Positions 38,896 through 48,940 are shown, counted from the first letter of the stretch. The stretch is DNA of 64,000 nucleotides from Patescibacteria group bacterium (GCA_049322675.1 JBMORM010000025.1:128520-192519), one strand, 5' to 3'. Notes: generated by a model not told the origin, from the letters alone. Translations and numbers: made by a program.

Positions 38896-39600
38896 AGATA
38901 TTTTTTGTTTATTAACTGGATGATTAAATATTAGTTGACTAGCTAGGAGCATGATGTTTTTTTGAGGTAGGGGTTGGGTGGCATTGTATTTAATATCTCC
39001 TAAAATAGGATGTCCTATATTTGATAACTGAACTCTTATTTGATGCGAGAGTCCGGTTTTGAGATTAATTTTTAAGATAGAATAGTGTTTGGAATTTAGA
39101 TAAAAATCTGATGTTTTGAAGTATTTTTTGTAGATTTTAACATTATTGGTAGCCAAAACAGTGTATTGCAGAATAGCAATTTTGGAATTTTGCTGTGGTT
39201 GTTTGCAGATTGTTGTTTTGTTGTTTTTGTTGTTTTTTTTGAGATAATTTTGGAGATTTTTGTTTTCCCCTATTTTCATTGATCCTTCAACAACAGCTAT
39301 GTAATTTTTGGTAATGTTTCTGTCCCTGAATTGTTTTGACATTCTAGAGGCTGCCTTTGATGTTTTTGCAAATAATATTATGCCACAAACCGGCCGATCA
39401 AGTCGATGCAGAAGCCCCAAATATACATTTCCTGGTTTATTGTATTTTGATTTTATATATTGCTTGGAAATTTTTATTAAGCTATTGTCTTTTGATATGT
39501 CGGTTTGGGTTGGCATATTGAATGGTTTAACAACTGCGAGCAAATGGTTGTCTTCAAAAAGTATCTTCAGTTTTTGTTTTGTTTGAGGATTGTTTTTCAT
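38878..39600 (-). CDS. RluA-family pseudouridine synthase
   Basis: HRLDRPVCGIILFAKT catalytic Asp motif. Confidence 0.75.
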   Translation of the reverse strand: MKNNPQTKQKLKILFEDNHLLAVVKPFNMPTQTDISKDNSLIKISKQYIKSKYNKPGNVYLGLLHRLDRPVCGIILFAKTSKAASRMSKQFRDRNITKNYIAVVEGSMKIGENKNLQNYLKKNNKNNKTTICKQPQQNSKIAILQYTVLATNNVKIYKKYFKTSDFYLNSKHYSILKINLKTGLSHQIRVQLSNIGHPILGDIKYNATQPLPQKNIMLLASQLIFNHPVNKQKISLQIPL

Positions 39601-39674
39601 AGGTTAAAAAAAGTATCAAGTTTTTGATAGAGGAACTTGATACTTTTATTATAATATCGGATTAGTGATTTGGT

Positions 39675-40715
39675 TTAGTTCTTTTTATTTCCAAGATAGT
39701 GCCAGGTAACTAATAATGGTGAAGCATTGAAGATTGATGAATATGTTCCTGATATTAAGCCGATTATAAGCGTAAGAACAAAGATTTTAATTGATTCTCC
39801 ACCAAATAGGTATAAGGCCAATAAAGTTACTATTACAGTGAGAGAGACGTTGAGAGAACGAACAAGAGTCTCGTTGATTGAAATGTTGACAACTTCGGCA
39901 AAGTTTTCTTTGGTATATTTGCGTAGATTTTCGCGAATTCGATCAAATACAACTATTGAGTCGTGGACGGAAAAGCTCATAACAGTTAGAATTGCCGGTA
40001 AGAAAAGAATATCTAGTTCAATGTGATAATAAGCGCCTAAAATAGAAAATACTCCTAAGACAAATAAAACATCGTGAAGTAGAGCAGCAACAGCACATAT
40101 TCCAAAACGCCAGGAACTGGTAGGAGCAGGTACGCCTCGGAAAGACCAAGCAAGGTATAGAATTATGCATATTGAGGCGATCACAACGGAAAGAAAGGTG
40201 TTTTGGGTAAGTTGATTACTGATGGTTGGGCCAATGGCTTCAAATCGCAGTTCTTTGACGTTGCCATATTTTTTTTGCAAAGTAGAAATGATTTGATTGT
40301 ATTTTTCTGATCCGCCTAGAATTTGGCTGGTTTGACTTTGATCTAAAGTGTTGGTTAAATCATTGTTTTGGGCATAAGCAACAGAATTGATGAAGCCGAG
40401 AGTATTGGTTTGAGAGGAATCATTTTCGCTTTTTGTTTGATTTTCTTCAACGGCTAAGGTGTCAGTGCGAATTATTATTTTGTTGTTACCGGAGGATTGC
40501 ACGACAAGATTGCCTAGGTTTAGGGGAGCGAGTGTTTCTCTAATTTCTTCGGTGTTGATATTACTTTGTTCTGTAAGTTGTAATTCCATTAGAGTTCCAC
40601 CTCGAAAATCAAGACCTAGTTTGAGTCCATTGAACATGAGTGAAATCAGTCCGGGAACGATCATGACAGCTGAGATTATGTACCATAAATTGCGACGACT
40701 GATAATTTGAAGCAT
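39675..40715 (-). CDS. secF: Protein-export membrane protein SecF
   Basis: LGLDFRGGT motif and 6-TM topology; adjacent to secD. Confidence 0.85.
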   Translation of the reverse strand: MLQIISRRNLWYIISAVMIVPGLISLMFNGLKLGLDFRGGTLMELQLTEQSNINTEEIRETLAPLNLGNLVVQSSGNNKIIIRTDTLAVEENQTKSENDSSQTNTLGFINSVAYAQNNDLTNTLDQSQTSQILGGSEKYNQIISTLQKKYGNVKELRFEAIGPTISNQLTQNTFLSVVIASICIILYLAWSFRGVPAPTSSWRFGICAVAALLHDVLFVLGVFSILGAYYHIELDILFLPAILTVMSFSVHDSIVVFDRIRENLRKYTKENFAEVVNISINETLVRSLNVSLTVIVTLLALYLFGGESIKIFVLTLIIGLISGTYSSIFNASPLLVTWHYLGNKKN

Positions 40716-40761
40716 AGAAGGTTAATAATGAATGAATAATTTTTTATTGATTGAAAAAAGG

Positions 40762-42030
40762 TTATTTTTGGATAATACCAAAGACCTTTGGGTTATCTGA
40801 ATTACTTAGGAATAACCTTAGGAAGGTACGAGTGATAGTGATTGCTGAAAAAAGACTGACGAGTACTCCGATGGCCAAGGTCAGGGAGAAACCTTTGATA
40901 GTGCCGGTGCCAAAATACCATAGGATAAAACAGGTAATAAGAGTGGAAAAGTTGGCATCTCTGATGGATGGCCAGGCACGTTTGAAACCGGCTTCGATGG
41001 CGGCGAGAAGTGAACGTCCGTCTCGTAATTCTTCTTTGGTTCTTTCGAAGATAAGTATATTGGCGTCAACAGCCATGCCAATAGAGAGAACAAAAGCGGC
41101 AACTCCAGCCAAGGTAATTGTAACAGGTATTAATTTGAAGATACTGATGGAAATTAGTATATATATTCCCAATGCGATGGTAGCTAGTATTCCTGGAATT
41201 CGATAGTTGATCAAGAGGAAAATAATAATTAGTAATAAGCCTATTAGACCAGCAACTAGACTTTTTTTCATAGCTTCGTTTCCGAGAGTAGCGCCGATGT
41301 TGGATTGAGCGATTAATTTGACGGGGACAGGTAGAGCGCCGGAGTTTAATTGTATTTCCAGTTCTTTGGCTTCGTCAACTGAAAAGTCGCCTTCAATAAT
41401 CGCGTTGCCGTCGGTGATTTCGGCTTGAACAGTTGGGGCTGAGATAATAATGTCATCAAGAAATATGGCAATTCGTTTATTTAGATTTTCTTTTGTTAGT
41501 TTTGCAAATAGTTCTTTTCCTTCAGCTTTAAATTCAAGCGATACGACTGGCTTTTGTTGCTGAGGATCGATATCAACCTTGGCCTTGTTTAGATTGGCGC
41601 CGGTTAGTTCGGTGTCTATCCAATCTGTACCTTCGGCATTTTCGGTTTTGAATTTTAATTGAGCTGTTTTTCCAATCAAATTTATAGCTTGATTGATATC
41701 ATTGACACCGGGTAGTTCGACAATGATTTTGTTGCCGCCACTGGATTGAATTAGTGGTTCTGATACTCCAAGTTGATTGATACGAAAATCTATAATATTG
41801 ATTACGCCTTGTACGGCTTCAGATTGTTGATTGGCGGGTATATTGGAAACGTCAGCTTGGTACGTCAATTGAGTCCCGCCTTTTAAGTCGAGACCTTCAT
41901 GAATATTTAATTCTTTGTAGATATTGAGTTGGGGAATGTTGATATTTGGTCCTTTTGGCCAAACTGCTAAGCCAGATAATACAGTGATAATAATAATCAG
42001 AATTGTGAATAGAAAGGTGTTATTTTGCAC
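40762..42030 (-). CDS. secD: Protein-export membrane protein SecD
   Basis: LDLKGGTQL motif, large periplasmic domain, and a C-terminal TM bundle. Confidence 0.85.
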   Translation of the reverse strand: MQNNTFLFTILIIIITVLSGLAVWPKGPNINIPQLNIYKELNIHEGLDLKGGTQLTYQADVSNIPANQQSEAVQGVINIIDFRINQLGVSEPLIQSSGGNKIIVELPGVNDINQAINLIGKTAQLKFKTENAEGTDWIDTELTGANLNKAKVDIDPQQQKPVVSLEFKAEGKELFAKLTKENLNKRIAIFLDDIIISAPTVQAEITDGNAIIEGDFSVDEAKELEIQLNSGALPVPVKLIAQSNIGATLGNEAMKKSLVAGLIGLLLIIIFLLINYRIPGILATIALGIYILISISIFKLIPVTITLAGVAAFVLSIGMAVDANILIFERTKEELRDGRSLLAAIEAGFKRAWPSIRDANFSTLITCFILWYFGTGTIKGFSLTLAIGVLVSLFSAITITRTFLRLFLSNSDNPKVFGIIQK

Positions 42031-42119
42031 AGATAGTATGGTTAATAATAAAACAGGAGACTATATATAATATTAGAAACTTTGAGTTAAAAAAGCAATA
42101 TCAGATTGGAGACTGATTT

Positions 42120-43190
42120 TTAGAGATAGTGGTTTAATTTTTTTTCTTTGAGGAGTTCGATTATTTTTTTAATATCGGCGGATTTGTTTTTTGGACAAAT
42201 AAGAGTAATATCTTCGGTATCGACAATGATCATATTTTCTACTCCGAGCGTGACGATTGGTTTTTTGGAGCCATAGATTAGCGAACCTTTTGTATCTATC
42301 GTAATTAGATCCCCTTTGGTAATATTTTTGTCTTCGTCTTCGGAAAGCATGTCTTTTAGAGCTCCCCAGTTGCCGATATCGTTCCAATTTAGATCAGCTG
42401 GGATAACTAAAAGATCATCTGATTTTTCCAGAATGCCATAATCTATGGAGATTTTTTTCAATTGACTGTAAAGTTTTTTGACGATTTTGTCTTCGTTTTT
42501 ATGACCGAGATATTCGTTGATTTCCATTAAAATTTTGTAGTTTTTTGGCATGTATTGGGCAATTTTTTCCATCATGACGTTGGCGGGATATATAAACATG
42601 CCGGCATTCCAGAAGTATTTCCAGCTTTTAACGTATTTTTTGGCAGTGGCAATGTCTGGTTTTTCTACAAATTTTTTTACATTGAATACTTTGTATTTTT
42701 CTATACTTTTGGCTGATTTACTTATATTGATATAACCGAATTCAGTGGCTGGTCGGGTTGGTTTGATGCCTAAGATTACGATTTTTTTGTCTCTATTGGC
42801 CAATTCACCAGCTTTCTCTAATATTTCTCGAAATTTTTTTTCTTTGCCGATGTAATGATCAGCAGAGAGAATGGCAATAGTGGCATTGGGGTCAAGTTTT
42901 GAAATTCGTAATGTAGTTAAACCAATGCAGGCGGCGGTATCTTGTATCGATGGTTCGGAAAAAATATTTTCTGACGGAAAATTTGGTATCTGTTTTTTGA
43001 TTAATTCAACGTAGTTTTGGTTGGTAGCAATAAAAATATTTTTTAAAGGAAATTTGGGAGTGACTCTATCGATGGTGTCTTTAAGAAGGCTTTGGTTGGT
43101 AACCAAATTAAAAAGTTGTTTGGGACGATCGTGACGGCTCATGGGCCAAAGTCGTGTTCCCTGTCCCCCAGCCATAATTATAATATACAT
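42120..43190 (-). CDS. Mannose-1-phosphate guanylyltransferase (nucleotidyltransferase domain only)
   Basis: IIMAGGQGTRLWPMSR..PKQ N-terminal sugar-nucleotidyltransferase signature. Confidence 0.7.
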   Translation of the reverse strand: MYIIIMAGGQGTRLWPMSRHDRPKQLFNLVTNQSLLKDTIDRVTPKFPLKNIFIATNQNYVELIKKQIPNFPSENIFSEPSIQDTAACIGLTTLRISKLDPNATIAILSADHYIGKEKKFREILEKAGELANRDKKIVILGIKPTRPATEFGYINISKSAKSIEKYKVFNVKKFVEKPDIATAKKYVKSWKYFWNAGMFIYPANVMMEKIAQYMPKNYKILMEINEYLGHKNEDKIVKKLYSQLKKISIDYGILEKSDDLLVIPADLNWNDIGNWGALKDMLSEDEDKNITKGDLITIDTKGSLIYGSKKPIVTLGVENMIIVDTEDITLICPKNKSADIKKIIELLKEKKLNHYL

Positions 43191-43229
43191 TTTTTGGAAT
43201 TTAAAAAATAAAAAAGTACTGTTTTTTTA

Positions 43230-44192
43230 TTATACCTGTTTTTTGAGGTGCGATAAAATTTTTTCAAAATCCTTTGGCGGGTTGATTTTAAAAATGAGTT
43301 TTTTCTTGTCACGCGGATTTGAGATTTTAAGATAGTAGGCATGAAGCAATTGTCGGTTGATTTCTAGCATTTGAGATATTTGTTTTGATTCTTTTGTACA
43401 ATAGGTTTGGTCGCCGATGATTGGCATATTCTCTGATAGGAGATGCACTCTAATTTGATGGGTGCGTCCGGTTTTTAAATTGATATCAATTAAGCTAAGG
43501 TTGTTATTTTTGTAATTAAAATTTTTGATAATTTTGTATTCTGTTGTGGCGGTTTTGCCTTTGCCAAGATGGGTAGTGATAAATTTTTGGCGGTGATGAG
43601 GATCGCGGCAGATATTTTTTGTGATCACTCCCCTACTCTTTCGATTGTTATTGATAATTAGGGCGTAATATTTTTTGATCCAATGTCGATTTTTGATTTC
43701 ATCCTGAAAAAAATTGAGAGAATTTTGATTTTTGGCAATTAGAATCAAGCCGGATGTATCTTTGTCTAAACGATGAACTATCCCGGGACGAAATATATTG
43801 TTTATGGGTTTGAAATTGGCAAATTTGGGATAGTGATAAAGGATAATATTGATCAATGTGTCGTTTTGGTGACCATGACTGGTGTGAACCGGTAAGAAAG
43901 GTGGTTTATTGATTAGAAGAAAATCTGTATTTTCAAATATAATATCGAGATTCCCTTTTTGGGGTTCTATTTTTAGTATTTCGGTTTTGGGAATAATGAT
44001 TGTTATTTTTTCGTTTTGTTTTATTTTGTGACTATTTTTATTGATAATTTTATTGTTTATCGAAACTTGTTTGTTTTTGATTAAACTGCCAATAAAAGAT
44101 CTGGAGTATTCAGGCAGTTGGTTGGAAATTTCTTTGTCTAAACGATTATTTATTTGAGCAATGATTTTGATTATTTTTGGTTTCTTTGTCAT
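43230..44192 (-). CDS. RluD-like pseudouridine synthase (S4 domain + RluA catalytic domain)
   Basis: N-terminal S4-like region and HRLDKDTSGLILIAKN. Confidence 0.75.
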   Translation of the reverse strand: MTKKPKIIKIIAQINNRLDKEISNQLPEYSRSFIGSLIKNKQVSINNKIINKNSHKIKQNEKITIIIPKTEILKIEPQKGNLDIIFENTDFLLINKPPFLPVHTSHGHQNDTLINIILYHYPKFANFKPINNIFRPGIVHRLDKDTSGLILIAKNQNSLNFFQDEIKNRHWIKKYYALIINNNRKSRGVITKNICRDPHHRQKFITTHLGKGKTATTEYKIIKNFNYKNNNLSLIDINLKTGRTHQIRVHLLSENMPIIGDQTYCTKESKQISQMLEINRQLLHAYYLKISNPRDKKKLIFKINPPKDFEKILSHLKKQV

Positions 44193-45169
44193 ATATTTTG
44201 CAAAATTGATCTAAGTTCCGATGTGTTGTTGCATAGGTATAGTTTTTGTCGAATTTCAGTAGCATTGGGAATATTTTTGATGTACCAGCCGAAATGTTTT
44301 CTCATCTGAATAATTGCTTGTTCGTCGGCAGATTTACGGTGATCTTTTCTTAATGATAATTCTTTGATTAATAAATTGGTGTGTGTCAGAATTATTTTTT
44401 TTATTTTTTTGATATTGGTTTTGGGTCTGATTTTTTTTCCCAGTAGTAGTTTTTTTATTTGTTCAAAAATCCAGGGTTGACCAAGAGCGCCGCGGCCAAT
44501 CATGATGCCGCTGGGAGTGTATTTTTTGATATATTTTATTGCTTGTTGCGGATCGATTATGTCCCCATTGCCGATGACTGGTATATTTAGTTTGTCAGCA
44601 ATTGTTTTAATGTAATCCCAGTCGCTAGAACCGGCGTATTGTTGTTTAACGGTACGTCCGTGAAGGGTGAGACAGTCAATATCTGTTTTTTTTATTATGT
44701 TTTGATAGAAAGATGGTGGAAGTTTTTTGTCGTATCCAATTCTGGTTTTTAGTGATACTGGGATATTGACTGATTTTTTGAGGGCAGATAATATTTCTAT
44801 CAGTTTGTCGGGGTCTTGCAGTAGTTTGCCGCCATTACCTGAAGCCAGCATACTGCGGGCTGGGCAGCCGCAATTGAAATCGAGACCGTCGGCGCCGTTT
44901 TTTTCTAATTCTTGTGCGATAGTAATTGTTTCTGGAATAGTATGTCCGAATACTTGGACAATGATTGGTTTTTCGTATTTGGTAAAGTATGTTTTATTGA
45001 TTGTTTTTTTGTTTTGGTATTTTAAACCCATTGAAGAAACCATTTCGGTAAAAACAACATCGGCGCCAAATTTCTTTAGAATTCGGCGTTGTGAACTATT
45101 GGTTATGCCATGGAGAGGGGCGGCACATAGTATAGGATGGTTTTGGTCCCATGTAAATTTTGTTTTCAT
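44189..45169 (-). CDS. dus: tRNA-dihydrouridine synthase
   Basis: LAPLHGITN...FGADVVFTEM, the catalytic Cys context NCGCP, and LKTRIG. Confidence 0.8.
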   Translation of the reverse strand: MKTKFTWDQNHPILCAAPLHGITNSSQRRILKKFGADVVFTEMVSSMGLKYQNKKTINKTYFTKYEKPIIVQVFGHTIPETITIAQELEKNGADGLDFNCGCPARSMLASGNGGKLLQDPDKLIEILSALKKSVNIPVSLKTRIGYDKKLPPSFYQNIIKKTDIDCLTLHGRTVKQQYAGSSDWDYIKTIADKLNIPVIGNGDIIDPQQAIKYIKKYTPSGIMIGRGALGQPWIFEQIKKLLLGKKIRPKTNIKKIKKIILTHTNLLIKELSLRKDHRKSADEQAIIQMRKHFGWYIKNIPNATEIRQKLYLCNNTSELRSILQNI

Positions 45170-45185
45170 GCTTATATTATATTAC

Positions 45186-45217
45186 ACATAAAAACACCAC
45201 TCTATAGATGTGGTGTT
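45186..45217 (-). terminator. Hairpin plus T-run on the minus strand, 20 nt upstream of the dus start
   Basis: The minus strand reads AAACACCAC-atctataga-GTGGTGTTT followed by TTATGTG. Confidence 0.45.
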
Positions 45218-45402
45218 TGGAAGGGTATCAACGTACGACACTCCGCTTGGTTAACTGTTTGTCAAAACAGCCAATTGGACACTTCGCCTTGTTAAACTTT
45301 ATCCATTCAACCCGAACATTGAGATTACTCTCGAATAGTTGGCCGATGAAAATCAGCGCTATTACAATCCAACCTTGTAAAGGATAGGTATGTTTAGGTT
45401 TA

Positions 45403-46821
45403 TTATAAACTATTTTTTAGTAATTGATAACCGGAAGAGGTATCTTCGATAGAATAACCGGCTTTTTCTATGGCTTGTCTGAATTCATCAGCTTTTTCAA
45501 AATCTTTTTTTTGTCTGGCTTGTTCGCGTTTTTCGGCTAGGTCTTTTATTTTTTTTGGGATAACAATTTTTTTAGGCAAAGCAACAAATAAAACACCGAG
45601 AACTTGATCGTATTTTTCCAGTAGTTCTAAGGTTTTTTCGGCAATACGCTGACCGATTTTATTGTCGTCTATTAGAATATTTATTTTTTTGATTAGATTG
45701 TGCATGACGGCTAGGGCTTTAGGGGTGTTCAAATCGTCTTCGATAGCGTCAAAAAATTGGTCCTCGGATGAAACGAAAAGACTTTCATAGCTGTTGGCAG
45801 GAATATTGGGAATATCATTTTTGACGTTTCGTAAGCGAATAATAAAGTTATCGATGTTTTTTAGTACATTATGGGCGGCTTGTAGGCTATCCCAGGTAAA
45901 ATTCATTTTGGAACGGTAGTGACATCCGAGATATAGATATCTTAAATCTCGACCAGAATATTTTTTTTCCTTGATATCTCTAAGATTGTAAAAATTGTTG
46001 AGACTTTTGCCCATTCTTTGGCCGTTGATGAGAACGTGTTCGTTGTGGAGCCAATATTTAACAAACTGATGTCCAGAATAACATTCTGATTGAGCAATTT
46101 CGTTTTCGTGATGTGGAAAAACCAAATCAATACCGCCGGTATGAATATCGATAGTTTCGCCGAGATTTTTCATGCTCATAGCTGAGCATTCTATGCTCCA
46201 TCCTGGTCGGCCGTCGCCGAATGGAGATGGCCAAAAATTTTCTCCGTCTTCGGGAGTTTTGCTTTTCCAGAGAACAAAATCGGCGGCGTTATCTTTGTCG
46301 TATTCCTGGTGATCAACCCTAAATCCGATTTTTAGGCCGCTTTTGTCGAGGTGTGCCAATTTGCCATAGTCAGGGAATTTGAGAATGGAAAAATAAACAG
46401 ATCCATCTTGCCCGACATAAGCGAATTTTTTATCAATCAATTTTTGAATTATTGTTATTATTTCGTCGATGTATTCTGTGGCAGGGGTAAAAGTCGGAGG
46501 TATTGTGTTTAGTTCTTGCAAATCTTGTTTGAAAGCGTCGATATATGTTTTTGTAAAATCTTTTAAAGAGATTTTTTGGGTTTGGCTGGCTTTGACTGTT
46601 TTGTCGTCGATGTCGGTTAGATTCATTACTTGTTTGACTGAATATTTTTTGTATTCAAGATAACGGCGTAATACGTCGGGGAAAATATAGGCGAAGAGAT
46701 TGGCTATGGTAACGTAATTGTAGACTGTTGGTCCACAGATATACATCTTCACTTCGTTTTCTGTGATGGGAATAAATTCTTCTTTTTGGCGAGTGAGGGT
46801 GTTGTATAGTTTGAGAGTCAT
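45403..46821 (-). CDS. cysS: Cysteinyl-tRNA synthetase homolog with a degenerate HIGH motif (TIAN)
   Basis: Aligns with E. coli CysS throughout (NTLTRQKEEF, CGPTVY, HIECS to SIECS, FPHHENE, KMSKS to RMGKS). The HIGH tetrapeptide position reads TIAN, verified on the DNA at ~46699-46710. Confidence 0.75.
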   Translation of the reverse strand: MTLKLYNTLTRQKEEFIPITENEVKMYICGPTVYNYVTIANLFAYIFPDVLRRYLEYKKYSVKQVMNLTDIDDKTVKASQTQKISLKDFTKTYIDAFKQDLQELNTIPPTFTPATEYIDEIITIIQKLIDKKFAYVGQDGSVYFSILKFPDYGKLAHLDKSGLKIGFRVDHQEYDKDNAADFVLWKSKTPEDGENFWPSPFGDGRPGWSIECSAMSMKNLGETIDIHTGGIDLVFPHHENEIAQSECYSGHQFVKYWLHNEHVLINGQRMGKSLNNFYNLRDIKEKKYSGRDLRYLYLGCHYRSKMNFTWDSLQAAHNVLKNIDNFIIRLRNVKNDIPNIPANSYESLFVSSEDQFFDAIEDDLNTPKALAVMHNLIKKINILIDDNKIGQRIAEKTLELLEKYDQVLGVLFVALPKKIVIPKKIKDLAEKREQARQKKDFEKADEFRQAIEKAGYSIEDTSSGYQLLKNSL

Positions 46822-46837
46822 GATAGTATTTTAATTT

Positions 46838-47428
46838 TTAATTTCTATTGTCCATAGCTTTGGTAAGAGTTATTTCGTCTGTGTATTCCAAGTCTACGCC
46901 CATGGGGATTCCAAAAGCCAGACGGCTGATTTTTATTGGGTATTGTTCGAGGATTTTGAAAATGTATGTAGCCGTGGCTTCTCCTTCCAAGGTGGGATTG
47001 GTGGCAATGATTACTTCTTTGATAATATCGTTTCCGGCTCTATTTTTTAATTTTTCCAAGGTTAGGTGTTCTGGTCCGATGCCGTCGATTGGCGATAGAG
47101 CTCCATGCAAAACGTGATATAAACCATTGTAATGTGTTTTTTCGATGGCAAGAATATCTAGTGGTTGTTCGATAACGCAAATGATTGATTGGTCACGTTT
47201 GTCGTTTTGACAAATATGGCAGGGATTTGTTTCGGAATAATTGAAACACAATTGGCAGAGTTGAAGATTTTTTTTAAGGTTTGTTAGCGCATTTCCAAAA
47301 TCGATAGTTTCTTGTTCTGGTTTGTGAAGAAGATAATAAGTTAGGCGGCTGGCGGTTTTTTGTCCAATTCCAGGCAATTTGGCAAAGTGATTGATAAGGT
47401 TGTTGATTGATTGAGGAATGTGGGACAT
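46838..47428 (-). CDS. recR: Recombination protein RecR
   Basis: HhH KLPGIGQKTASRL, C4 zinc finger CQLC...CHIC, and a Toprim domain. The true ATG is at ~47428; the track start is a TTG inside the repeat element. Confidence 0.85.
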   Translation of the reverse strand: MSHIPQSINNLINHFAKLPGIGQKTASRLTYYLLHKPEQETIDFGNALTNLKKNLQLCQLCFNYSETNPCHICQNDKRDQSIICVIEQPLDILAIEKTHYNGLYHVLHGALSPIDGIGPEHLTLEKLKNRAGNDIIKEVIIATNPTLEGEATATYIFKILEQYPIKISRLAFGIPMGVDLEYTDEITLTKAMDNRN

Positions 47429-47429
47429 A

Positions 47430-47500
47430 TTTTCAATTTCCAATTTTCAATTTCCAATTTTCAATTTCCAATTTTCAAATATATTTTGAAAAATAATTTG
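47430..47500. repeat. Heptamer tandem repeat (TTTTCAATTTCCAA x3.5) plus hairpin TTTTCAAATATATTTTGAAAA at the recR start
   Basis: Seen directly in the sequence; it supplies the spurious MEIEN N-terminus in the track. Confidence 0.65.
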
Positions 47501-47514
47501 GATATTGAACAATA

Positions 47515-48777
47515 TTATTTGACGTTAATATTTAAAAATACACCTTGATCTTCCATCCAAGTGGCGCCTTCGGCTACCAGTTGAAAATATTCGGTAAAAA
47601 CTCCGGTTTGATTGGGTGCTAGGATTTCAAATTCAAAAGTTCCGGTTTCGCCAGGAGCGACTGATGTTTCTTTGAGATTTGTTAATCTATTGTTGGCTAA
47701 CCATGAATTTGGATTGTAAAATATACTGCTGCGATCTTTTTGGTGACTGGTGGCTAAACGGATTGGATTGACCCCTGAATTGTACCAAGTGCGGCTGCCA
47801 GTATTTCGATATTTAATTTCCAGTTTTGTGGTTTGATTTTTGTTGACTACTGGATAATCTGATTGACTAACCCATTGACTACTGTATTCTGGTTGCCAGA
47901 CTTTTATATACCAGACAATATCAATATCATTGAACCAGGAGTGATTTTCAGCTACTAGTCTAAAATGTTCTTCATAATCTTTCTGTTGATTGGGGGCAGT
48001 GATGGAGAAATTGAAAGTAGTTTCTTGATTATTGGCAATACCGTTTGTACTTAATTTGGTTGGACGATTGGATCCTATCCAAGTGTTGTTGCTGAACGAA
48101 GAAAGACGATCACGCGGACTGTCTGTGCCCAGATGGATTGGATATAGGCCTTCCTTGTACCACCAATTTTTTCCTGTGTTTTTGACTTTTACCCAAACGT
48201 TGACAGTTTCTCCTGGTTTCAAGGTGAGATATTGCGGGGATTGATCTATGATGGTTGCATCATAGTCAGGTGGATTGAAAACTGCTTGTACACCGGAGGT
48301 ATCATGGATAATAACTGGTGTTCCGTTTGGAGCCCAATCATATAGCCAGGCGGCGTTGGTGAGAGACAAACGAACGCAACCGTGACTTACTCTAATGCCC
48401 AAATGGTTTTCTCCTTCATAAACATTTCCCCAGGAGTATTTCCAATATGGTAAGCCATGTATGCCGTAGCCACCATCGGGGGTAATGGCCATCCAGTTGG
48501 GCATGTATAGGTCATAGAGAGTGGAATAGGCATCTGAAATGTGGTTGTATATTTTATGAGTGCCAATAGGTGTAGGCATATTCCAGGTGCCGGTGGAAAC
48601 GGGAAATTTGTTGATGATTTGGTAATTTTCAATGACGGTCATTTGTTGGTCCGGGATTGATATGTCGATTACTTTGCCCCCGCCTGCTTTGACTTTTTCT
48701 ATCTCAAAAACATTTGGAATAGAAAAAGTAAAGGCAAGTGCGATAATAAGCAGGACCAGGCTCGATTTTTTTTCCAT
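47515..48777 (-). CDS. Secreted L,D-transpeptidase (YkuD domain) with two C-terminal ~100-aa repeat domains
   Basis: Signal peptide; YkuD catalytic block HG...SHGCVRLS. The C-terminal duplicated domain (NTGKNWWYKEGLYPIHLGT / NTGSRTWYNSGVNPIRLATS) is also seen in the 62993+ ORF. Confidence 0.7.
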   Translation of the reverse strand: MEKKSSLVLLIIALAFTFSIPNVFEIEKVKAGGGKVIDISIPDQQMTVIENYQIINKFPVSTGTWNMPTPIGTHKIYNHISDAYSTLYDLYMPNWMAITPDGGYGIHGLPYWKYSWGNVYEGENHLGIRVSHGCVRLSLTNAAWLYDWAPNGTPVIIHDTSGVQAVFNPPDYDATIIDQSPQYLTLKPGETVNVWVKVKNTGKNWWYKEGLYPIHLGTDSPRDRLSSFSNNTWIGSNRPTKLSTNGIANNQETTFNFSITAPNQQKDYEEHFRLVAENHSWFNDIDIVWYIKVWQPEYSSQWVSQSDYPVVNKNQTTKLEIKYRNTGSRTWYNSGVNPIRLATSHQKDRSSIFYNPNSWLANNRLTNLKETSVAPGETGTFEFEILAPNQTGVFTEYFQLVAEGATWMEDQGVFLNINVK

Positions 48778-48940
48778 TGTAGTTTTCTCTTTTTTATAGA
48801 TATAATTTGTAGTTTAATTTTATTCTATACTGTCACACAACTTAATAGCAAATAATTCTTTGTATGCCAAAATTACCCCTGGTTGGAATTGGGGTAATTT
48901 TGGCAAGGGTAATTGCTGCAAAAAATACTATGGAATTGTT

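Noticed and set aside
40751-41206. 151-aa plus-strand ORF inside secD; also 39727-40026 and 40459-40710 inside secF
   Set aside because: They lie fully inside well-supported secD/secF genes on the opposite strand. They are antisense artefacts.
44727-45191. 154-aa plus-strand ORF
   Set aside because: It lies antisense within dus and the cysS-dus spacer. There is no homology or RBS.
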